A stretch of DNA of 32,651 nt from NCBI GenBank assembly GCA_031288575.1, contig JAITRD010000003.1, positions 1 to 32,651 on the forward strand, in the 5' to 3' direction. A model generated the notes under the pieces. That model was not told where the DNA came from, did no database searches, and saw only the letters and a list, made by a program, of their open reading frames with translations. Positions 23,586 through 31,177 of this stretch are shown in pieces. Each line of letters starts with the position of its first letter. The stretch's first letter is position 1. The position numbers and the translations under genes were made by a program. This stretch comes from Treponema sp. GTDB lineage: Bacteria > Spirochaetota > Spirochaetia > Treponematales > Breznakiellaceae.

Positions 23586-24827
23586 ATGCAACAAAAAAAT
23601 CCGCCCCGCAGATCAGTAGTATCTTTTATTATCGCCTCCGTATGTATTCTGGCCTATATCGCGGCCCTAGCGTATGCTGCCGTTAAAATTTATGTTAGTA
23701 TTGATGGATACCGCGGTATCGCGGAACAGGAATTTTTTAAGCTGGCGGATCTCGCCTCGGCGGCGGGAGTTTTAGGCTTCATGAACGAACCCTTTCAGGA
23801 AGCGGTGCAGGACACCCTGCACAAATCCAAAACCCTGGAGGGGATCATTATCTCCGGCCCCAACGAGGAATATGCCTTTGAACGGGCGGCGGACAGGGCC
23901 ATTGCCTGGAACGGCGATATCCCCCGCTTCAAGAGCCGGCCCGGCGTTTCCGGGGAGCCCTTTCATATGCCCTTGCGAATTGAAGGGCAGCGGAATGTAA
24001 CCATCAGCGCCATATACAACTATCTGGATTATGAACAGCTCACCAGGGTCCTTAAGTTCACCCTCCTGGTGGTCCTCTCTGCTTTGTCCCTGGCTTTTTT
24101 TACCCTTATGCTGGAATTTCTTTTGGGGAAAAACCGGGCCCAGCCTGGGGCAGCCCGGAATGATCCGGAGGAAAAACCTTCCCCGGATTTTGATGAATTC
24201 GCTAATTTTGAGACGGCTTCCCCCGGCGTTTCCGGAGAGGAGCAAGATTTTTCCGCCCTTGAGGAGACCCTTCCCGGAACCGGTCAATTTGAGGCCGCAC
24301 CCGAGGATCCCCGGGGACTTTATACTCCCCGGGGCAATATTGGATGGGAAGCGTATACCCAGGATCGGCTTAGTTCGGAAATTCACCGCTGCGCGTCCTT
24401 TGAACAGGATCTGGTATTCTTTGTTATGGAATTAAAAATCCCGGATGTGCCGGACACCCTCTATAGACGTTTTGCCGATGAAGCGGTAGATTTTTTTATC
24501 CTGCGGGATCTTATCTTTGAAAAAGGGGAAAAGGGCATCGCCGTCATTAGCCCCAATATGGATTTGGATCAGGGCTTTGCGAAGTCCGAAGAATTTCATA
24601 ACCGGCTTTTACAAAGCTTGCCCGAGTTTTTAACCGGCCGGTCCGATTTATGCATCGGCTTAAGCTCCCGGTCGGGAAGGCTTATTGACGCGGAGCGGCT
24701 CCAGTTCGAGGCTTCCCAGGCCCTGCGGAGGGCCCTGAAGGACCCGGTTTCTCCTATTGTGGCCTTTAAAAGCGATCCGGAAAAATACCGGGCCTTTATT
24801 GCTTCTCAAAATAATCAGCATCCCTAA
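23586..24827 (+). CDS. Two-TM membrane protein with a periplasmic domain and a cytoplasmic degenerate GGDEF-like domain
   Basis: TM1 is VVSFIIASVCILAYIAALAYAAV and TM2 is LKFTLLVVLSALSLAFFTLMLEFLL. The C-terminal region aligns by eye to GGDEF domains: DPRGLYTPRGN..., VFFVMELKIPD, EKGEKGIAVISPNMDLDQ in place of R-x-GGDEF-x-x-x-LP-x-T, CIGLSS, and EASQALRRA. Confidence 0.65.
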   Translation: MQQKNPPRRSVVSFIIASVCILAYIAALAYAAVKIYVSIDGYRGIAEQEFFKLADLASAAGVLGFMNEPFQEAVQDTLHKSKTLEGIIISGPNEEYAFERAADRAIAWNGDIPRFKSRPGVSGEPFHMPLRIEGQRNVTISAIYNYLDYEQLTRVLKFTLLVVLSALSLAFFTLMLEFLLGKNRAQPGAARNDPEEKPSPDFDEFANFETASPGVSGEEQDFSALEETLPGTGQFEAAPEDPRGLYTPRGNIGWEAYTQDRLSSEIHRCASFEQDLVFFVMELKIPDVPDTLYRRFADEAVDFFILRDLIFEKGEKGIAVISPNMDLDQGFAKSEEFHNRLLQSLPEFLTGRSDLCIGLSSRSGRLIDAERLQFEASQALRRALKDPVSPIVAFKSDPEKYRAFIASQNNQHP

Positions 24828-25779
24828 AAATACGCTTTACGGTCCAATCCGCCAGGGCATATACCTGGGGAACCCCGGAAACCGCGGCGCAAAGCCGGGA
24901 ATCATGACCGGTATATCCTGCCCGCATGGTCAAAACAGAACCGTCTTCCAATTCCAAAACAATACGTCCGGCATTTAAAAGGGGACTTTCTCCGGTTTTT
25001 ACCTGCTGAATAAAGTCTTCCCCCTCGGCGTCCAGCAGGGCCCGGATATAGGCTTCCACCCGCTGTTTGTCCGGAAGGGGCCGGGCATCCAAGTCCCAGC
25101 CCCCGGTATCCCCGTTCCGGGAAAGTGTCAGGGCCGGGCCGGGGGCGTCTTCCCCGGGGGAGGGAGGGGAAACCAGGGTAAGGCGCTGGACCATATCAGG
25201 GTTCCGGATATTATCCGGGAAAAGCTTAAGCAGATACCAGGAATTCCGGGGCGCCTTGAGATAGGGAGAAAGCCTGTCCTCGCCGGAGCGGATTTCCCTT
25301 TGGTTATTCCTGCGGAGGTATACCTCATTGCCCGTACTGTCCCCCCGGCCGATGAGAAGATCCAGCAGGGGATAAACAGAAACGCCGCCCCGGATTAGGA
25401 TACGGGAGGCGGTTCCTTCGGTAAGGGAAAGCCGTTCATAGGAAGCGGGGGAGTTTCCCCGGACCGGATACTGAAAGGAAGCGGAAAGGAGCCTTAAAAA
25501 TTCCTCAACCCTGGCCTGCCGGGCCGGATATTCCCCGTCCTCGCGGGAAACAACCCATTTTTCACCGCGGCGGCGAAAAACCGTGGGATCTTCGCCGGCC
25601 CTTCCGGTAATTTCTATCCGATCCGCCTGATCCCGAAATTCCGGCTTGAGCCATACATAGGCGGCATTTCTGTCACGCAAACGATCGGGATCCAAAATAA
25701 AGGTCAGGAGATATGCCAGGGCTAACAACCCCGCTAAACCCGCGAGAAGCCCGGCCTTTACCCTATAAAGCACCGGCAT
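24796..25779 (-). CDS. DUF4340-like single-pass membrane protein, accessory to the GldG-type ABC module
   Basis: N-terminal TM (AGLLAGLAGLLALAYLLTFIL) and AAGGAGGG just upstream of the ATG. There is a 17-nt overlap with the GldG-like gene. The family call rests on position and architecture, so it is moderate. Confidence 0.55.
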   Translation of the reverse strand: MPVLYRVKAGLLAGLAGLLALAYLLTFILDPDRLRDRNAAYVWLKPEFRDQADRIEITGRAGEDPTVFRRRGEKWVVSREDGEYPARQARVEEFLRLLSASFQYPVRGNSPASYERLSLTEGTASRILIRGGVSVYPLLDLLIGRGDSTGNEVYLRRNNQREIRSGEDRLSPYLKAPRNSWYLLKLFPDNIRNPDMVQRLTLVSPPSPGEDAPGPALTLSRNGDTGGWDLDARPLPDKQRVEAYIRALLDAEGEDFIQQVKTGESPLLNAGRIVLELEDGSVLTMRAGYTGHDSRLCAAVSGVPQVYALADWTVKRIFRDADYFEKQ

Positions 25780-27370
25780 CCCTCCTTTTTGCCTCCGCCC
25801 CCCGCCGCCGGAGAAAAAGAATTCCCCCGAACGTAAGCCCCAGGGGAACTATTACCGTATTGAGAATCCGGGAAAAGGCCATCGCCCTTTCCCGCTTTTC
25901 CGGATCGGGGATCCGGTCAAGCCGTCCCGTTCCGCGGGGGCGGTTCCGGATGCCGACAATGTCATCGTCATTATTGAGCCAGTCCGCCGCCTGCAGGAGA
26001 AAATCCAAATTCCGCTCCGCCTGGGTATAGGCCATGAAAAGGGAAGCGAAATCCGTATCCCCTATCACAATAATCCGGGATTCCCGGGGGTCTCCGGTCC
26101 TGTCCGGCAGTTCCTCCGGGGAGTCCTCCTGTACCGGTTTGGGAAGCCCCTCAAACCAACTGGGAAATTTGCCCGAAAGGGCAGCCGCCAATACCCTGGT
26201 GCCCCGGGTGTCCGGCCCTTCCCGGTCAAATAATTCGGAGTTTTCAGGGGAGGTGATAAACTCCTCGGTCATAAGCCACGCGCCGGGGGTGGTAAAAAAA
26301 AGGGGCTCCCCCCGGACCTGCTCCGGGGGGTTCAGCTCAATAGGGCTGGGCCAGAAGAGATCCGCCCCGGCGAATCCGGCGCCTAAGGGGTGATCCCGGC
26401 TGGCGTTTTCCCCCGACACGCCTATCCAGTGGGGATACCTCAGGAGCCGCAACTGGGGAGCCCCCGAAGGGCCTGTTGTTTGATACTGGAGGGTAAGGGC
26501 GGACTGATCCAAAACCAGGGCCGGCTGTATTGTGGCCCCGTAAAAAGAAACCATGGATAAAAGCCCCTTATCGAAAATAACCCGGCTTGCAAGATCGCCC
26601 TGGGAATTGACAAAAACCCCCTCAAGGGCAAAAAACACCCTGCCGCCGTTATGAATATACCGGTCTATCCGGTATAGGGCCCATTCATCCAGATCCTCTG
26701 CCCCGCCGAGAACAAAAAGAACCTTTAGGGTATCGGGAATTTCTTCCCCAGCCTCAAGAAGGGTGACCCGGAAGCCGGAACGGAGAAAGGCCTGGTTGAG
26801 GAATTCATAATCCCTTTCCCATTGCCGGTAGGAATCCCCAACAATAAAGGCGGCTTCCCGTTCCTCCTCCCGGATCAAAGACCGGATCCGGGAAGTGAGA
26901 TCATATTCCAGGGTGTCTTGAGAAAAAACAAAGGGCAAAACTTCAATTTTATCCAGGTATTCAATTACAATGCCGGAATATACGGTGGTAAAATTTGCCT
27001 CGTCCCGTTCAAGGGTCTGTATTTGCCGGGGGAGAATGCCCAACTGCTCCGCCTGCTGAACCAGGCCCGCCTTCAGGGGATCCCGGAGGATAAACCGGAT
27101 GCGCCCCCGGGAATAAGCGGCATATTCCCTCAGAAAATCCCGGATCTCCGCGGGCAGGGGATGCAGACGGGTCAGTTTTTCCGAAAGATAATAGACGATG
27201 CGCACTTCATCGGTAATTTCTTTATAAAGCTCCCGGGATACCGGGGAAATCGTATAAGCCTTGTTTTTGGTCAAATCCAGGCGGAACCATAAACGGCGGC
27301 TTAAGGCGGTTCCCAAAACAAGGACAATAAGGCTTAACAAAGTGATGATCCGTTCCTGCCTCCGGGTCAT
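25763..27370 (-). CDS. GldG-like ABC-transporter auxiliary protein (ABC-type uncharacterized transport system)
   Basis: N-terminal TM followed by RLDLTKNKAYTISPVSRELYKEITDEVRIVYYLS, which is the typical GldG opening, and a C-terminal TM (VIVPLGLTFGGILFL). ATGA overlap with the permease gene. Confidence 0.8.
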   Translation of the reverse strand: MTRRQERIITLLSLIVLVLGTALSRRLWFRLDLTKNKAYTISPVSRELYKEITDEVRIVYYLSEKLTRLHPLPAEIRDFLREYAAYSRGRIRFILRDPLKAGLVQQAEQLGILPRQIQTLERDEANFTTVYSGIVIEYLDKIEVLPFVFSQDTLEYDLTSRIRSLIREEEREAAFIVGDSYRQWERDYEFLNQAFLRSGFRVTLLEAGEEIPDTLKVLFVLGGAEDLDEWALYRIDRYIHNGGRVFFALEGVFVNSQGDLASRVIFDKGLLSMVSFYGATIQPALVLDQSALTLQYQTTGPSGAPQLRLLRYPHWIGVSGENASRDHPLGAGFAGADLFWPSPIELNPPEQVRGEPLFFTTPGAWLMTEEFITSPENSELFDREGPDTRGTRVLAAALSGKFPSWFEGLPKPVQEDSPEELPDRTGDPRESRIIVIGDTDFASLFMAYTQAERNLDFLLQAADWLNNDDDIVGIRNRPRGTGRLDRIPDPEKRERAMAFSRILNTVIVPLGLTFGGILFLRRRGAEAKRRDAGAL

Positions 27371-28107
27371 CCCGAACTCCAGCGGCGAAAAAGCAAAACC
27401 CGGGTGTTTAGGAATAAAAACAGCACCGTGCTTAAAAGGAAAAAGGCTATATCCCGGCTGTCAATGACCCCCCGGGAAAAACCTTCAAAATGGAAGGACA
27501 GGGAAATAAAATTGACAGCCGCTGCCAGGGGAAGGGGCAAATCGAAGCTCAGGGTCAATTGATTTGCCAATATTGCCGCCAGGAGAACCACCGCGCTTCC
27601 CAGGAAGGAAGCGGCCTGGCTTTTTGAAAGGGAAGAAAGCAGGAGCCCCAAGGCCGTGGCGGAAGCGCCCAGAAGGAGAACCCCCGCATATTCCCCGATA
27701 ATGACTCCGGCATCAAAAAAAGCCAGCGGCAAAAGGCTTAAAGGAACCGGGATAGTAAAAACCAAAATCAGGGATAACACGGCAAAGGCGGAAAAAAATT
27801 TCCCCAGGACCAGTTCCCATTCGGAAAAAGGCAGGGTCAGGAGCAGTTCGATAGTCCCCAGCTTCCGTTCTTCCGCCCAGCTTTTCATGGTAATAAGCGG
27901 AACAACCAGGACAAACACCGGGGGAAAGGCGGCGAAAAAGGGGCGCAGGGTTGCGGCGTCCAGGGCAAAAAAACGCTGTAAATAGAAAAACCAAAGGGAA
28001 ACGCAGAGGAGAAAAAAAACCGCCGTTCCATAGGAGGCAGGGGAAATAACAGCGGCATAAAATTCTTTCCCGACCAGGGTAAAAATTCTTTTAAAAAAAA
28101 CTTTCAC
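27367..28107 (-). CDS. ABC-2 type exporter permease (GldF-like)
   Basis: 246 aa with about 6 TM segments. GTG start in a GTGA overlap with the ATPase gene. Confidence 0.8.
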   Translation of the reverse strand: MKVFFKRIFTLVGKEFYAAVISPASYGTAVFFLLCVSLWFFYLQRFFALDAATLRPFFAAFPPVFVLVVPLITMKSWAEERKLGTIELLLTLPFSEWELVLGKFFSAFAVLSLILVFTIPVPLSLLPLAFFDAGVIIGEYAGVLLLGASATALGLLLSSLSKSQAASFLGSAVVLLAAILANQLTLSFDLPLPLAAAVNFISLSFHFEGFSRGVIDSRDIAFFLLSTVLFLFLNTRVLLFRRWSSG

Positions 28108-29060
28108 GGCCCTTCCCCGTCCTCGCCGGTAACTTTGACAAAAATATCCTCAAGGCTAAGTTTTTTCCGGTTCATTTCCAGAATCTTAAGGCCCTCCTTC
28201 ACGGCCCAGTCAAAGATTCGCTCCCCCGGGTCCCCCCCTTCATTGTCCTGAAAACTGAAGCTCAGGCTAAGGGTTCCATCCGCTCCGGCCCCGGACTTGA
28301 CGCCGGTAAGGTCCCCCGCCAGGTTTTTAAGCTTTGCCTCAAGTTCCGAAATGCCGGCGCCCTTGATTTTCAGAACCCAAGTATCATTGCCCTTGAGGGT
28401 TCCGGCAATTTCTTCAGGCCGGCCCTGGGCGGCAATACGGCCCGCGTTTAGAATAAGCACCCGGGAACAAACAGCCTCGACTTCCTGGAGAATATGGGTA
28501 GAGAGGATCACCGTTTTTCTTTTTCCCAGTTCCCGTATAAGGGTACGGATTTCGATAATCTGATTTGGGTCCAGACCCGAGCTGGGTTCATCCAGGATAA
28601 GGATGGGGGGATCGTGGATAATAGCCTGGGCGAGGCCCAGGCGTTGTTTATACCCCTTAGAAAGGGTTTCGATCCTTTGGGACCGCACCTGTTCCAGGCC
28701 GCACCGCTCCATGGCGGTCCCCAGGGAGCGGGATTTTTCCTCCCGAAGGATAAGCCGGGAGCGGGCTATAAAAGAAAGGTATTCCTCCACGGTGAATTCC
28801 CCGTAGAGGGGGACATTTTCGGGCAGGTAGCCGATACGTTTTTTTACCTCCGCCGGGTTTTCCTCTACCGAAATTCCGTCCACCAGGGCTTTTCCCGATG
28901 AAGGAAAATGGAAACCCGTGAGGATCTTCATGACCGTTGTCTTTCCGGCGCCGTTAGGCCCTAAAAAACCTAACACCTCACCCTGATCGGCTTCAAAGGA
29001 TATATCCCGTACCGCTTCGACCCGGCCGTAACGCTTGGTAAGGCCCTGTACCGCAACCAT
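28104..29060 (-). CDS. ABC transporter ATP-binding protein (GldA/CcmA-like, with C-terminal accessory domain)
   Basis: Walker A GPNGAGKTT, signature LSKGYKQRLGLA and Walker B ILILDEPSSGLD, plus a non-ABC tail of about 90 aa. TAGGAG lies upstream of the ATG. Confidence 0.9.
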   Translation of the reverse strand: MVAVQGLTKRYGRVEAVRDISFEADQGEVLGFLGPNGAGKTTVMKILTGFHFPSSGKALVDGISVEENPAEVKKRIGYLPENVPLYGEFTVEEYLSFIARSRLILREEKSRSLGTAMERCGLEQVRSQRIETLSKGYKQRLGLAQAIIHDPPILILDEPSSGLDPNQIIEIRTLIRELGKRKTVILSTHILQEVEAVCSRVLILNAGRIAAQGRPEEIAGTLKGNDTWVLKIKGAGISELEAKLKNLAGDLTGVKSGAGADGTLSLSFSFQDNEGGDPGERIFDWAVKEGLKILEMNRKKLSLEDIFVKVTGEDGEGP

Positions 29061-29071
29061 GAAAAAGGCTC

Positions 29072-29998
29072 CTAATCCGCGTATTCCATGGGGAAAACCA
29101 TACCGTCCCGGGAAAGTACCGTTTCCGGGAAGACGGCCTCCGCCTCTTTTAAAAGCTGTTTTAGATTGAATTCGGCATACCGGGGGCTGTAATGGATAAG
29201 GGCCAGCTTTTTTACCCCCGCGGCGGCGGCTATCCGGGCGGCCTGTTCAGCGGTCATGTGCTTCTTCTCCCGGGCGCTTTCCTCAAGTTCCCTTTCAAAC
29301 ATGCCTTCGCAGACAAAAAGATCCGATCCCGCCGCTTCCCGGGCTATTTCGGGAAAGGCCAAGGTATCGGTTACAAAAGAAAATTTCCTGCCCGACCGTT
29401 TTTCCCCCAGGACCTGCCCGGATTTTACCTCCTCCCCCCTTGAGGACAATACGCTCTCCCCTGCCTGGAGTTTGGCCCACAGGGGCCCCCGGGGCACCCC
29501 CAGGGCTTCCGCCTTTTCCGGGTGGAATTCGCCGGGACGCTGGTCCTCCTCAAAGGCGTAACCGAAACAAGGTTTAGTATGCCGCAGGGGGAAGGCGCGG
29601 ACATGAAAGCCCTCCCCCCGGTAAACGATCCCCGGTTCGGTAAATTCTTTAACCACGATTTCATAGTTAATATACATATCCAGAACCCGGCGGTTGGTTT
29701 CGATATATTCCGCTATCCGGGGAGGCCCAATAATATAGAGGGGATCATCCCGATCCACCTGGGAGGAAAGCATCAGGAGTCCCGGAAGCCCCGTTACATG
29801 ATCCGCATGGGTATGGCTTACAAAAATGACGGATATTTTTTTCCATCTTAGGTTGAGTTTCCGCAGGGAAACCTGGGTTCCTTCCCCGCCGTCAAATAAA
29901 AAAAGCTCCCCTTCACGCCTTAAGAGCACTGACGTAAGATGCCGGTTTGGCAGGGGCATCATTCCCCCGCACCCGAGTATAAAGGCTTCAAGATTCAT
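29072..29998 (-). CDS. rnz: Ribonuclease Z (metallo-beta-lactamase fold tRNA 3' endonuclease)
   Basis: MNLEAFILGCGG..P, VLL....LFDGGEGTQ, and the motif SHTHADHVTGLPGLL. It is 308 aa. Confidence 0.9.
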   Translation of the reverse strand: MNLEAFILGCGGMMPLPNRHLTSVLLRREGELFLFDGGEGTQVSLRKLNLRWKKISVIFVSHTHADHVTGLPGLLMLSSQVDRDDPLYIIGPPRIAEYIETNRRVLDMYINYEIVVKEFTEPGIVYRGEGFHVRAFPLRHTKPCFGYAFEEDQRPGEFHPEKAEALGVPRGPLWAKLQAGESVLSSRGEEVKSGQVLGEKRSGRKFSFVTDTLAFPEIAREAAGSDLFVCEGMFERELEESAREKKHMTAEQAARIAAAAGVKKLALIHYSPRYAEFNLKQLLKEAEAVFPETVLSRDGMVFPMEYAD

Positions 29999-30006
29999 CG
30001 GGGAAA

Positions 30007-30015
30007 AGTATACCA
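30007..30015 (-). promoter_or_regulatory. Extended -10 element TGgTATACT (minus strand), 8 nt upstream of the rnz ATG
   Basis: The reverse complement of 30007-30015 is TGGTATACT. TTTCCCCG follows, then ATG at 29998, with no SD. Confidence 0.4.
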
Positions 30016-30043
30016 GCCGGGAGGAAAAGGTTCAACGCCGGGT

Positions 30044-31177
30044 TCAGGGCATTTCTTGAATCCGCTCCACAAAGGGATTCCGCAATTGCCTCTGGGCCCT
30101 GCCGCGCCATTCGCCGGCTTGGTTTTGGCCGCTTAAAAAAGCCCAAAGGGTGCCGGCGGGAGCCGCTTTACCGCTGCCGTACAGGGCGGCGCCCAGGTAA
30201 TATACGGTTTTATAATACTCCGCGTCTTCGATATAAGCCGTCAATACGGGCCGTCCCATAATCTCATCCATGAGGGCATCCAGGGAACTAAAGGTAAAAT
30301 CATACCGGTTCCGGATAGCTTCCTCAATCAGGGTGGTGTTCTGGATTAAGAAGGCGAACATCAAGTGTTCGGCGGCCCGGCTGTGCCGGCCGGAGGCATA
30401 ATAATAAAACCCCAAAAGCCGGTGAACCCCCTCAACCGGGGCATTACGATACCGGTAGAGGGTCAAAAAGCGGTTTACCCCGTCATTTTCCAGGATCCGG
30501 GCCATGGCATTCCGGGTAAAGGAATCCTCAGTCCAAAAGGAATCCCAGGGCCTTCCGTCCGGTGAAGCTCCCTCAAGAATTTCCAAGGCCCGGCTTTCCA
30601 TTTCCGTATACTCCTGGGCCGCTTTATGAATATCAACAATTTTGTATAAAATTTCGATATCGAATCCAGGGTTTTCCAGAAAAGCCCGCTGTTCATGGGC
30701 TTTTTGATACTGTCCCAGGGCTATCTTCAGTTCCCCTTCAACCCGGTAGACTTCCCCGATCCAATATTCCGCTTCAGGATAATTTTTGAGAAGGCCAAAC
30801 TGTTCCAGGGCGCGGTTAACCGAGTCTTCTAAAGAAGCCTTGGGAACCCGGTAATACAATTCTTCCAGGGCGGCGGTAACATTGGGCTGATAATGGTCAA
30901 CGAGGTATCTCTCTACCTGGTCCAGGGAATTCCCCAGGCGCCGCACCTCCGGCAGGGAGAAAAGTTCTACCAGGGCCCGTTCCATCCGGGTATATAGGGA
31001 CCGCCTTTCCCGCCGGGCATCCTCAAAGGCGATAAGGGCGTCCCCGTAGGCCCCGTTTCTAAAAAAATGTTTTCCCCGCTCCAGGGAAAACCAATAGGGA
31101 CGCTCCGCCTGCACCTGGGCCCGTCCCGGATAACATAAGAGCAGTGAAAGAAAACAAAACAATACCCCTTTTTTCAT
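30044..31177 (-). CDS. Exported TPR-like repeat protein (possible lipoprotein)
   Basis: Signal peptide MKKGVLFCFLSLLLC|YPGRAQ with a relaxed lipobox LLLC. It is helical-repeat rich, for example EAEYWIGEVYRVEGELKIALGQYQKA. ATGA overlap with ispG. Confidence 0.7.
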   Translation of the reverse strand: MKKGVLFCFLSLLLCYPGRAQVQAERPYWFSLERGKHFFRNGAYGDALIAFEDARRERRSLYTRMERALVELFSLPEVRRLGNSLDQVERYLVDHYQPNVTAALEELYYRVPKASLEDSVNRALEQFGLLKNYPEAEYWIGEVYRVEGELKIALGQYQKAHEQRAFLENPGFDIEILYKIVDIHKAAQEYTEMESRALEILEGASPDGRPWDSFWTEDSFTRNAMARILENDGVNRFLTLYRYRNAPVEGVHRLLGFYYYASGRHSRAAEHLMFAFLIQNTTLIEEAIRNRYDFTFSSLDALMDEIMGRPVLTAYIEDAEYYKTVYYLGAALYGSGKAAPAGTLWAFLSGQNQAGEWRGRAQRQLRNPFVERIQEMP

